DNA of 64,000 bases from Octopus sinensis (lineage: Eukaryota), in the NCBI RefSeq assembly GCF_006345805.1, contig NC_043010.1, positions 66,650,001-66,714,000 of the forward strand. The letters are read 5' to 3'. Shown here piece by piece: positions 24,432-36,269 of this stretch. A program made the position numbers and the translations under genes. The notes under the pieces were generated by a model. That model made no database searches. It was not told where the DNA came from and saw only the letters and a program-made list of their open reading frames with translations. Each line of letters begins with the position of its first letter. The stretch's first letter is position 1.

Positions 24432-25030
24432 CCTACTCATATCAGAGCTTGAGGGGCAGATGAGGTGAACAGAAGGGTTTGCAACAAAATTTTCGTTATG
24501 GTCCTTTAACCCTTTAGTGTTCGCATTATTCTGCCAAAGTTAATCCTTTTTTATCCACATTGTTTTGAACTAATCCTGCATTATCTTGTAGCTTTGAGAT
24601 TTTGATGAGGTTGCTGTTAATTTTTAAAACGATATTGTAGGGTTGGTGTGAGAGACCAGATCTGGCCAGTTTGAACATAAAACAAGCAGAATACTTTTGG
24701 CCGGATATGGCCGGTTTAAATGCTAAAGGGTTAAGTTGATATGGGTTGGTCGAGGTATGAAAGGTTCAGTTCTATCTTCGGAGTCAAGTTTAAAGTCAAG
24801 GCAGAGTTCGGTACAATACGGTAGTCCTTGTGCAGTTACCTCAGTGTCAATTCCCAGTATGTGTCCAGCGGTACATTATATCGGTTGCCAATCTTGTCTG
24901 CATGGACGAGGATTCCTGGATATTTTAAAAGTTTACTGATTAGGTCGCTGATTTTTGTCAGGTGAAGCTCAAGAGCTTTTTTCAGGGTGTTCATAAATTT
25001 ATATTTACAATTTGAAGAATTCATTTTCAT
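24432..25030 (-). mobile_element. Penelope-like element N-terminal/pre-RT fragment, split by a TTAA MITE at 24506-24734
   Basis: ILVHADKIGNRYNV and, after removing the MITE, DRTE...HINLKDHNENFVANPSVHLICPSSSDMSR, matching the PLE motifs ADKT.N.Y and ITLKDHK.NF..NP.CRLINP.KSE. Confidence 0.72.
24506..24734. mobile_element. Second piggyBac-like MITE family (TTAA-cccttta...taaaggg-TTAA); related pieces at about 8820-8970, 17030-17200, 48260-48670
   Basis: TTAA duplication; excision restores the PLE reading frame. Confidence 0.78.
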
Positions 25031-25454
25031 TAAAAGTCAGAGATAATAATAAACACCGTTTAAAGAGAAACAAAAGTGATTTAAATATTAAAACTCTAAT
25101 AATATTTATTTAACATGTTAAGAAGTTAATCGATTGATGCAATAAATTGTGGAAGTGGTAAAGATAATTTATAAATGCCCTTATATATACTACCTTAATA
25201 CCTACCCTAAAGAAGGGGGGAATTAAATTTGAGCAGAAATTCTTGTTTTACTCCTTAATTGAATATTCAACTGGCATAAGCCATGTTAACAATGATTAAA
25301 ATATTTAAAATAACTTCAAATATTTTTAATGTGATCATGTTTTTTTTGTATATCAGCATTGCATGATGAGGTTAAAAAAAGAAAAAGCAAGAAGCTATAT
25401 GAGAAAATATTATTCAATTCTATATGTCTGAGATGAGGAATTTTTATATTATGT

Positions 25455-25725
25455 ATCAATCGGAGTGATGTCCTTGTCTTGATTGTTGTTTTTTCACTGT
25501 TTCGGTTGTGTGCATGCCAGCTTATTTTCCAGGAGTCTAGTGATTTCACCTTAGTGCTTTACCTGGGATTGAACTTAAACTCTTTAGGTGACTGCACTGC
25601 ATTAAGCAGAGAAAGGCACTAAAGTGAATCACAAAACACCTAAAGGCATACACCACCAAAACTTAATGAAAGCAACAATCAAGATGAAAACACTAGTCTC
25701 ATACATAATATAAAATCTTATTCAT
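25455..25725. mobile_element. Old, diverged copy of the palindromic element at 46497-46956
   Basis: gtccttgtcttgattgttgtt...gtttcggttg...ccagc...caggagtc aligns with the left arm of the young copy; residual inverted arms. Confidence 0.55.
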
Positions 25726-25799
25726 TTAAGAATATTCTAATTCAACATGTTTATCTTCAGGTTTTCTGTATATACAGCATTCCCTGCAAAGCATTTTCC

Positions 25800-27275
25800 G
25801 TTTTTCTTTTATTTCATTTATCTGTTTCAGCCCAAAGGCTGTGGCCCTGTTAGGGCACTGTCAGTATTACCGCCATTCTTTTGTGATTGGCTTTTGATGA
25901 AGAAGGGAGTTCAATATTTCTTCCTCCTTTTGAGTTTGATCTCCTTTGTGTCAGAGCAGGAGATCAAGTTATTTCTTGAAAACATCTACCCCATACCCAT
26001 GTAATTTTTCTCAGATGTTTTGGCAAGTTATTAAATAGCCATGGGTCTGTAGCAATATTGTTTTCTTCATTGCTATCTTCACTGTTTGAGAAAAATATTA
26101 ACCCTTTCATTACTCTATTTATTTTGAGATGTTCTGTGTTTCTTTCAATTAATCTTAAATATAACAAAGTATTTAGTAAAATAACTTAGTTATCATTAAG
26201 CTAGTGTTAGGAACATAAATTGTGACTAAGGTTTGGTGAAAGATTTTAATTCAAAACTTATGAAAACAAGACATTTGTACTACAGAGCCAAGGCCGGTTT
26301 TGGCCAGGTTGGTAACGAAAGGGTTAAGAATGATCTCATTTGAGATTACAAAGATCTTTGGCTAGTTTAACCGTGTTGTGTCCACTATTTTGATTGGTTA
26401 GCATCTAAGCACGGTCTGTCTCTATACTTACTTCGCGCCAGTGGTATTGTTAGGAATTAGAACTGCTGTTAAAGAAAATATACAATACTCTCCTGCTGAA
26501 CTTTTGTACAGAACAACATTAACTTTACCTGGTCAAATGTTCAAAGAAACCAATTCTTTTAATGGAGGTGCTAATGATTATGTAACTCGTCTTAGGAGAT
26601 TTCTTACGGATATTCCTTCTTTTACAAGAAAATTGCAAAATGTTAAAAGTTTTGTTCCTTCTGATGTAAATTCTTGGACACATGTATTTGTACGTAACGA
26701 TGCTGCTGATAATTCACTGAAAAATAAATGCACCGGACCTTTTAAAGTCTTGTCAGTTAGAGACAAAACTATGACTTTGGAGATGAATGGTAAAAAAGAA
26801 ATTGTCAGTGTCGACAGAGTAAAAAAAGCTTATTTCGACCAACATTCATGTCATGAAAATGAAGATATGAGCAATACATATCAACATAACTTGAAACAAA
26901 GTGATATTCAAAGAAACAAATCCAATGTTAATGGAGAAACAAAGTCAATTTTGAAATTACCTACAGATGCGAAAAAGACTAGAAGTGGCAGAATTGTACA
27001 TTTTCCAAAAAAAACTTTCTCAGTTTGTTTGAGGATTTTCAAAAATTTTTGTTTATATTCCTGGATTAAGTCCTTGAATCCCAAGCTATTGCAGTGCATG
27101 GTCCTCATGCTAAAAGAGATGGCTGGGGCCCTTGGAACAGTGCAGTGACATCCAGTTCAGGAGCTGGTGTAGCTCTCAACGCCAATTTGGTGCCAACCCC
27201 TCAAGGATCTTCCACGTATATATCACTGTATATCTCTCCCAGTGGCTCAGCAGTTCTATTGATGAAATTTTTATA
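25800..27275 (-). mobile_element. CR1-like LINE ORF2 C-terminus and 3-prime end, split by a Gypsy fragment and a MITE
   Basis: IYTWKILEGLAPN...CTVP...CNSLGF at 27275-27040 continues as PWLFNNLPKHLR..GVDVFK at 26060-25960, followed by an A-rich tail near 25800. Confidence 0.7.
26380..27020 (+). mobile_element. Ty3/Gypsy integrase C-terminal fragment
   Basis: VLLGIRTAVKE..YSPAELLY...LPG, THVFVRND, GPFKVL, VSVDRVK, TRSGRIVHFP. Confidence 0.88.
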
Positions 27276-27279
27276 GTGT

Positions 27280-27800
27280 AGCATTACTGAACTGCCTCAA
27301 GCTCTGCTATTAATTTGACACTGGGGTGACTACAGTTCAAAGCTGTAGTCCATGCAGTTAAGAACAAATGTCCTCCATAGAACCGGCATAGTTTCCTGGT
27401 CTCTTGTTCAGAAAATTCTTGGGACTCATCCAGCCATCTGCCTACTGCTGTCTGCACAGTGTCTGCGCAGTGTTTCCTCTTTGGAGCAGTATGTGTACAA
27501 TAACATATTTCCAAGTTGAGGGCATCTTGTTTTGTGACCTGATCTTGCTTCTGATGGAACTTTCTCCTCGGGGAGAAATGAGTACTGCTCACATGAGACT
27601 TGAGATGAGCAAATCTACAGCCTGTTCCAATGTCTCCATGCCTTTAAGTGCCCTTCGCCTATATCTTACAGACTTTTTGGGTTTTCTCTGTTTTCAGAAC
27701 CTTTGTTTTTGCACTCACATTGGACCTATGGCCATCCTCAGCTTGCTTGTGTCTTCATCATCTTTTGTTTCTTTCTGATAGACCTTTACTTTGCTGCTGC
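27280..27800 (-). mobile_element. Degraded LINE ORF1-like fragment with CCCH-type zinc-finger remnants
   Basis: VCKI.AKGT.RHG..GTGCRFAH and LCRFY.G...NCSHP; several stops. Confidence 0.5.
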
Positions 27801-28584
27801 TGTTTTCTTTGAGCTTACCATTTTCTTGAGTGGCGATGTCTGTTTTGTTGTTTCTCTCTCTCTCCAATCACCCTGACTCTTCTCCATTGAATTGGAAGTG
27901 TGTCAATGGTTTCCTTTTTGGCTTTGAGTGATTTATCCTCCTCTTCGAATATTTTCTTTAAATAACTCAATGTGCAGTTTAATCAAACATGTGAATGAAT
28001 GAATTCGTTCTTTTTCCTTTTGATTTGAGCCATGATTCAGTGAAAACCAAATCTCTTCTGGGTCCCAATAATTTGAGTGTTTGGTGGTTTTCTATGTAAG
28101 GAGCATTGTTTTTAAGGGCGGCGAGCTGGCAGAATCGTTAGCACGCCGGGCGAAATGCGTAGCCGTATTTCGTCTGCCGTTACATTCTGAGTTCAAATTC
28201 CGCCGAGGTTGACTTTGCCTTTCATCCTTTCGGGGTCGATAAATTAAGTACCAGTTACGCACTGGGGGTCGATGTAATTGACTTAATCCATTTGTCTGTC
28301 CTTGTTTAGCCCCTTGTGGGTAGTAAAGAAATAAGGAGCATTGTTTTTATTTCCTCAAACTGCCAGTTATTTGGTATTTTTTAATGGTAATGTTGTCTTT
28401 GGTGTTGTTGGCTTTGCTGAGGCCTATGTTGTTTAGATAAGCAGGAAGAAGTAGAGATAGATATGTAGAGAGGCGGGGGTGAAGATCGTCAAGAAAAGCA
28501 GAGACAGAGAAACGTAAATGAAGGTGAAACATAATTGAAGACTGAGAGAGGTGAATGGGGATAAGAGGGAGGGAGGGATGTAGA

Positions 28585-29300
28585 GGTAGTCAGGAAAAGC
28601 TTGTGTGCCAAACACTAAAATTCTCTCCGGATTATCTTCACCACTATTGTATAATAAAAACTTCTCGTCATTTTCAAGAAATCTATATTCTTTTTCCGGT
28701 TGAGGTTGGCTTTTCTTTCACCTCCAACCTCTAATATTGTGGAACAAATGCGATGATGTCAGCATCAGTGACAATGTGTTATCATCTAAACTAGATGAAA
28801 TTTCTGCTCTTAATGTCTGCGCAGAAGTTTGTGAATTAGTGGCTAGTGATTTCAGTTGCGTTTTTGCTTTGTAAACTTTTGGTTTTGAAGGCTGAGAAGG
28901 ATGGCAATGCTCGTCGAATGTTTTACATTTAGATAAATTATCATTTTCCAGCACGGTAGGCACTCTTTACATTCTCTACTTTCACATTTCCAATATGTTT
29001 TTTTCACCCCGTTTTCTGTCTAATCTATAAGCAAAGTTAAGATCATCAACTAATTTCACCCCGCCTCTGCTAAGTTCCCATATTATCAAATGAATAAAGA
29101 AATTACTTTGCCTCTTATTATTAGTTTCTTTAATAATATGATAGGTCGGTTGAAACACTTATATACCAAGGCAGCAATTCATCTTTTTTTTTCCAGTGAA
29201 ATTGTCTTATGGCAAAATTTCCTATGTGGTGAATTTTCTTACAGCTAAAAATCTTGAGGTGAATTTTCCTGTGGCAAACTTTCCAGATATCGTAAAAAAA
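28585..29300 (-). mobile_element. MULE (Mutator-like) transposase N-terminal fragment with FLYWCH-type finger and subterminal repeats
   Basis: GVKLVDDLNFAYRLDRKRG.KTYWKCESREC...EHCHP and FLLYNSGEDNPERILVFGT; repeated ggcaaa/aattttcct motifs at 29190-29300. Confidence 0.75.
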
Positions 29301-30959
29301 AGAGGGGAAGATGAGGAGATAAGCATGAATATAAAGATACAACTCAGAGACAGGGATAAAAAATTTAATCTAAGATCAGATACATGATAATAAAAATTTA
29401 TCTGAGTGTATCACGAAACGCAGAAAAAATAGAGAACTATCAACTTTTGTTTCTCTTACCTTGGGACTGGCCATCCACCCTTGGATGTATACTTGCCCAG
29501 CTTCAATGATATTTACCTGTGTAATGTGTTATTGAAAAAACTTCAGATTCCAGAAATTCTTTTTTTTTTTGGTATTTGAACAATCTACAAAATTATATCG
29601 GCTCGTAGAAGTTAGAATCTTACAACCATAATTTCTCAAAGAAAAGTACCGTCAGCATAAATGACAATTCATATTTACTCAACTACATGGTTAGCAAACC
29701 TTTTGACATTGGAAAACTCATTACATCTGCGCTATGGTTCATCGAATTAGAATATTTTTTAAAAATTATGATATATTGGTAGTAATATGTTTAAACCCAG
29801 ACCTGGCGTTGTGAGTGTTTATTGAGCGAAAACACCTAAAACTCCACGAGGCTCCGGCAGGGGGTGGTGGCGATCCCTGCTGTACTCTTTCGTCACAACT
29901 TTCTCTCACTCTTTCTTCTGTTGGCCTGCTCGCTTAGCCAACGGGGTGGCGTCATTTCAAGGCTAAAACAATGTGAAGCGTATTGTGACCAGCGATGTGT
30001 AACAACATCTGATAGCCTGGTCGGTCACGGTGATCACGGTGATATTTAAACCAGAAACTACTTAGATTTCAGTTCAACTCAGTCTAATTGGAACTTTTGT
30101 AAATTTGCCAGGAGCTTCAACTCACACATATTAACAAGCCAGCACCATCTTTATTTATTTTTTGCTGTTATGCTTAGTGCAGGAGGCACAATGGCCCAGT
30201 GGTTAGGGTGGCGGACTCGCGGTCAGAGGATCGCGGTTTCGATACCCAGACCGGGTGTTGTGTGTGTTTATTGAGCGAAAACACCTAAAAGCTCCATGAG
30301 GCTCTGGCAGGGGGTGGTGGCGACCCTTGTACTCTTTCGCCACAACTTTCTCTCATTCTCTCTTCCTGTTTCTTGAGTAATGCTGCAATGGACTGGCGTC
30401 CCGTCCAACTGGGGGGGAACACATACGCCACAGAAACCGGGCCCATGAGTCTGGCTAAGCTTGAAAAGGGCGACGTTTATTGTATGCTTAGTGTACTTGA
30501 CTCTTCTGCTCAGGGCTTACCTTCACACAACCGACATAGTAACCAATCTTCTTTCACCAATTCTTCATCATCGTCATATTGATGTCCACTTTTCTAGCCT
30601 TGCATCAGTCAGACAGATTTTGTTGAGGCAGATTTTCTAGGGCCAGCTGCCCTTCATGTTGCCAACCTTATCTGTTTTCAAGTAAGGTAATATTTCCCCC
30701 TTACCAGACATGTCTTCATAGAAGACTGGAAACGAGCAACCTCACTTGTGTTGATAATTATTTACAACCACCATGTAACGTCTAGACAGGAGTATACACA
30801 CAAAAACTACAAGCTTCTTTCAGTTTCCATCTATCAAATCTACTCAAGTTTTGATTGGCCTGGAGCTGTAGTGGAAGACATTTGCCCAAGGTACCATGCC
30901 ATGGAACTGAACCTGGGACCACGTAGTTGGGAAGCAACTACGTAGCCAATCTTTTCTCT

Positions 30960-31300
30960 GTTGTCGTCTACAGCTATCTGAGTGTACATATTTCTGATCA
31001 GCCAGAGAACTTGAAGTTCCTCCCAAAAGTAAGAAGCTCTTGAAGCATTTATTTATTACTTCCATTCAGCCTCATCGCGATCTTCTAAAACCACGCATTT
31101 CACCATCCACCAGAAACCTAGTTTAGATGACCTGCTTGTGATTTTTACTTGGATCATTCTCCGTCCCAGGTAAATTGGTATTAATGTGAAATCTTTTGGG
31201 GTTTTTTATGAGACGGTGGAGTGCTTTTGTGCAGGGTTTCCCAAGTAGAAAAATAACTAATATACTCAAAGTTGTGGTCATGACCCACAAAACCAATATC
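30960..31300 (-). mobile_element. LINE ORF1-like fragment (copy a)
   Basis: DFTLIPIYLGRRMIQVKI, homologous to the other ORF1-like copies; stops present. Confidence 0.55.
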
Positions 31301-31439
31301 AGTCCATATATTCTTTAAGCAAAGTTCAGCTTGGTGGAATGCATATCAATTCCAATACACAAGTTTTGGGCCAACAAAACATGAACAATTTTATCTGATT
31401 ATTATCTTCTCATTGATTCCTTGACACTGTTGTATGGCA

Positions 31440-31810
31440 CAGTTGTTGCTAAGATTTCTATGAATTCATTTATCGTCAACAATAGAATCGTATTCAGTGA
31501 CATGTTTGTTGTTTCCAAAGCAACTACATGTGGCACTCATGCTGTTATGAATTCTTCCCTAGTCAACAATAACAGAAGTGTCTTTGGTGTTTTTGGACAT
31601 TGTTTCTATAGCTTGTACATCTGATACAAATGTTGCCGTGATTTTTGTGAATTTTATTTTAGATTCAGCAATGGTAGAATTGTTTAGAATGTCTTGGTAA
31701 TAGATTCCTCCACACATCTGATGCAGATTTTTGCCGTGATTCTGAAAATTTTCCCATCATTAACAATAATAAAATTTTATTTAGTCTCATGGTTGTTGAT
31801 TTCCTGACAC
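31440..31810. repeat. About 4 strongly diverged ~100-bp units related to the 102-bp array
   Basis: tttctatgaattc...aatagaatcgtatt..gt...gttgtttcc and gttgccgtgatt words recur at about 100-bp spacing. Confidence 0.6.
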
Positions 31811-32090
31811 GTGCCATTGACATTCAAAATGACCAGCCTACCATCTGGATCTAGGAATGTTGCTCTTACTTTGAGGTCCAGACTCTTCTGAAAAAGCACC
31901 TTGGTACCACCTCTGCCCATTCTCGGCAGACAGAAAAATAAATGTCGAATTTTCCACCAAACATGTGCTGGAGGGCCTGCAGGTTGTGGAGTCTGGTCTC
32001 ACTGATGGCTATGATATGCACATTCTGTGACTTGATGTTATTTAATAGGTATCCTTGTTTCCAAGGTGACTCCAAGCCATGCACATTTAT
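31810..32090 (-). mobile_element. APE endonuclease N-terminal fragment of an L1/Tx1-like LINE ORF2
   Basis: HGLESPWKQG...HIIAISETRL...DPDGRLVILNV. Confidence 0.75.
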
Positions 32091-32239
32091 ACAACCGATT
32101 CTGAGTATGTTCCTATCGAAAGTTGTGATTTACACATGAAAGGAAACGAGAGAGAGAGAGAGTCACTTACTGTTCGAAAGTTGCTTACTCTTCACCTCAG
32201 TGTTCTCTCAAAAGGTTTTTGTATAGTTTTTTTGAAAAG

Positions 32240-32870
32240 TATTATTGAAATCTCCCTACTGTATCTGGGTAGAAAGATTTCAGTGCGTTTTGTGTTACAT
32301 ATATGATTTTTATGTGTTGTGGTGGTGTTGTACAAAGGCAGCAACATGGCATTCTGCCTTCAACGGCCACTTGTACGGTTGTGCCATCTGGAAGTTGAAT
32401 CAGATCGGGGAGACTTTCTATTGTTTCCAGATTGGCTTGAATTAATAAATCCAACTCTTGTCCAATCCTATTTTTCTGTCCCAGGACGGCAATTTCTAGG
32501 ATGTTGATTTGATCTCCAAAATCATAACACATGGCTGACACCAGCCATCTTATTTCTATTTCAGGAGGCATGTCTTTAATTTTTACCTTTGTCACCCAAG
32601 AACCAAAGTAAGTGGGAATCATTATAAATTCCCCACATTCCAGGGTTCATCTGGCATCTTCCTTTGTATGTTCTTCCATATCAAACCATATCTCGATGGT
32701 GGCAAATCTTTTGCCTCTTCTAATGTATGTTTTAATAGCCCATATGGGCTGTAGACATTTCTCAACTGTTTCTTGAGTGGCCTGTTCTAATCTTTTATTT
32801 TTTGTGTTCAGGGTTTTGTAAATAATGGGTTTTTTAGGAAATGTCTTGCAAAATGCTTTCTGGCGGGTGT
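32240..32870 (-). mobile_element. LINE ORF1-like fragment (copy b)
   Basis: RFATIEIWF...MIPTYFGSWVTKVKIKDMPPEI...VQVAVEGRMPCC.LC, an RRM-like ORF1 followed by VEGR.P.C, directly upstream of the APE fragment. Confidence 0.65.
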
Positions 32871-32939
32871 TCCTATGATAGAAGCAACAAAGATAGAATT
32901 GTATTTGGTGTCTTATCTCCTGTTTCCATAACTTGTACA

Positions 32940-35630
32940 TTTGCTACAGATGTTGCCATGATTTCTATGAATTCTATCATAGAATGAACAGCAATAATGG
33001 AATCGTATTTAGTATCTTGGTTGTTGGTTTCGGCAGGGGCAAATGCTGCAAATGTTATGCTGGTTTCTATGAATTCTATCATAGAATGAACAGCAATAAT
33101 GGAATCGTATTTAGTATCTTGGTTGTTGGTTCTAGCAGGTGCAAATGCTGCAAATGTTATGCTGGTTTCTATGAATTCTATCATAGAATGAACAGCAATA
33201 ATGGAATCGTATTTAGTATCTTGGTTGTTGGTTCCAGCAGTTGCAAATGCTGCAAATGTTATGCTGGTTTCTATGAATTCTATCATAGAATGAACAGCAA
33301 TAATGGAATCGTATTTAGTATCTTGGTTGTTGGTTCCAGCAGTTGCAAATGCTGCAAATGTTATGCTGGTTTCTATGAATTCTATCATAGAATGAACAGC
33401 AATAATGGAATCGTATTTAGTATCTTGGTTGTTGGTTTATATCAGGTGCAAATGCTGCAAATGTTATGCTGGTTTCTATGAATTCTATCATAGAATGAAC
33501 AGCAATAATGGAATCGTATTTAGTATCTTGGTTGTTGGTTCCAGCAGTTGCAAATGCTGCAAATGTTATGCTGGTTTCTATGAATTCTATCATAGAATGA
33601 ACAGCAATAATGGAATCGTATTTAGTATCTTGGTTGTTGGTTTATAGCAGGTGCAAATGCTGCAAATGTTATGCTGGTTTCTATGAATTCTATCATAGAA
33701 TGAACAGCAATAATGGAATCGTATTTAGTATCTTGGTTGTTGGTTCCAGCAGTTGCAAATGCTGCAAATGTTATGCTGGTTTCTATGAATTCTATCATAG
33801 AATGAACAGCAATAATGGAATCGTATTTAGTATCTTGGTTGTTGGTTCTAGCAGGTGCAAATGCTGCAAATGTTATGCTGGTTTCTATGAATTCTATCAT
33901 AGAATGAACAGCAATAATGGAATCGTATTTAGTATCTTGGTTGTTGGTTCCAGCAGTTGCAAATGCTGCAAATGTTATGCTGGTTTCTATGAATTCTCTC
34001 ATAGAATGAACAGCAATAATGGAATCATATTTAGTATCTTGGTTGTTGGTTCCAGCAGTTGCAAATGCTGCAAATGTTATGCTGGTTTCTATGAATTCTA
34101 TCATAGAATGAACAGCAATAATGGAATCGTATTTAGTATCTTGGTTGTTGGTTCCAGCAGTTGCAAATGCTGCAAATGTTATGCTGGTTTCTATGAATTC
34201 TATCATAGAATGAACAGCAATAATGGAATCGTATTTAGTATCTTGGTTGTTGGTTCCAGCAGTTGCAAATGCTGCAAATGTTATGCTGGTTTCTATGAAT
34301 TCTATCATAGAATGAACAGCAATAATGGAATCGTATTTAGTATCTTGGTTGTTGGTTCCAGCAGTTGCAAATGCTGCAAATGTTATGCTGGTTTCTATGA
34401 ATTCTATCATAGAATGAACAGCAATAATGGAATCGTATTTAGTATCTTGGTTGTTGGTTCCAGCAGTTGCAAATGCTGCAAATGTTATGCTGGTTTCTAT
34501 GAATTCTATCATAGAATGAACAGCAATAATGGAATCGTATTTAGTATCTTGGTTGTTGGTTCCAGCAGTTGCAAATGCTGCAAATGTTATGCTGGTTTCT
34601 ATGAATTCTCTCATAGAATGAACAGCAATAATGGAATCGTATTTAGTATCTTGGTTGTTGTTCCAGCAGTCGCAAATGCTGCAAATGTTATGCTGGTTTC
34701 TATGAATTCTATCATAGAATGAACAGCAATAATGGAATCATATTTAGTATCTTGGTTGTTGGTTTATAGCAGGTGCAAATGCTGCAAATGTTATGCTGGT
34801 TTCTATGAATTCTATCATAGAATGAACAGCAATAATGGAATCATATTTAGTATCTTGGTTGTTGGTTCCAGCAGTTGCAAATGCTGCAAATGTTATGCTG
34901 GTTTCTATGAATTCTATCATAGAATGAACAGCAATAATGGAATCGTATTTAGTATCTTGGTTGTTGGTTCCAGCAGTTGCAAATGCTGCAAATGTTATGC
35001 TGGTTTCTATGAATTCTCTCATAGAATGAACAGCAATAATGGAATCGTATTTAGTATCTTGGTTGTTGGTTCCAGCAGTTGCAAATGCTGCAAATGTTAT
35101 GCTGGTTTCTATGAATTCTATCATAGAATGAACAGCAATAATGGAATCATATTTAGTATCTTGGTTGTTGGTTTATAGCAGGTGCAAATGCTGCAAATGT
35201 TATGCTGGTTTCTATGAATTCTATCATAGAATGAACAGCAATAATGGAATCATATTTAGTATCTTGGTTGTTGGTTCCAGCAGTTGCAAATGCTGCAAAT
35301 GTTATGCTGGTTTCTATGAATTCTATCATAGAATGAACAGCAATAATGGAATCGTATTTAGTATCTTGGTTGTTGGTTCCAGCAGTTGCAAATGCTGCAA
35401 ATGTTATGCTGGTTTCTATGAATTCTCTCATAGAATGAACAGCAATAATGGAATCGTATTTAGTATCTTGGTTGTTGGTTCCAGCAGTCGCAAATGCTAC
35501 AAATGTTATGCTGGTTTCTATGAATTCTATCATAGAATGAACAGCAATAATGGAATCGTATTTAGTATCTTGGTTGTTGGTTCTAGCAAGTGCAAATGCT
35601 GCAAATGTTATGCTGGTTTCTATGAATTTT
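32940..35630. repeat. 102-bp tandem array, about 26 near-identical copies
   Basis: Unit tatgaattctatcatagaatgaacagcaataatggaatcgtatttagtatcttggttgttggttccagcagttgcaaatgctgcaaatgttatgctggtttc; occasional 103-bp variants. Confidence 0.97.
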
Positions 35631-36130
35631 ATTGGTATTGCTTTTACCCTTACTTTGAAAGTCTTTCTTCCAAAGTATATGGGCAGACGCACTACTTCCT
35701 CTGTCTTCACTGCTACACTCTCCAGCCTCTTTGCCACCTCTACTGTCCTAAATTGGGTGACCATTGTCCCATATCTCCTTCCTTTAGTTATATATGTTAT
35801 TTCCATTGACTGTTCCCTTAGCGCCTTTTCCATTTCAGCTTCCACCTGCTTTGCTTTTTTTCCTTGTAACAAGAACACCTTATAGGCGATCGTTTTTCTC
35901 TCCACAATTCTTTTGGCGGGGTGACAACCTCATGTCGCCACTCACCTTCTGTACCATCTTTCATACTCCTTCTGACCACCCAAGTCCAACTCTTTTCACT
36001 TTATCTCCATGGCCTCAGCAAAACTCCTTGTCTTCTCCAACACTCCGTCCATCTTTATGACTGCCCTAACCAGCTCCTCCTCAGCTGAAGACAACTCAGA
36101 CACGCTAAGGTCTGAATACATTTTCTAAGC
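35630..36130 (-). mobile_element. LINE ORF1-like fragment (copy c), running in frame into the 102-bp array
   Basis: RRYGTMVTQFRTVEVAKRL...LPIYFGRKTFKVRVKAIP. Confidence 0.6.
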
Positions 36131-36269
36131 AGCATGAAAAACCATCCTACTCTCAACAAATTCACACAACTACTGGACAATGCATGCATGGAAGGAAGCT
36201 TCCTGTCATGCTCAAGGGCATTGGTGGAAGGTTTTTTGCAGAAGGTCGAGGCAGGAGACCTTTAGTTTT

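Noticed and set aside
32940-35630. CRISPR-like array
   Set aside because: No unique spacers, no cas genes, eukaryotic context
32933-35809. Long 34-aa-repeat ORFs on both strands (Cys-rich CKCCKC on plus; TPR-length period)
   Set aside because: Units are near-identical at the nucleotide level, 103-bp variants break the frames repeatedly, there is no TPR or ankyrin consensus, and no splice or start context; openness follows from a stop-free 102-bp unit
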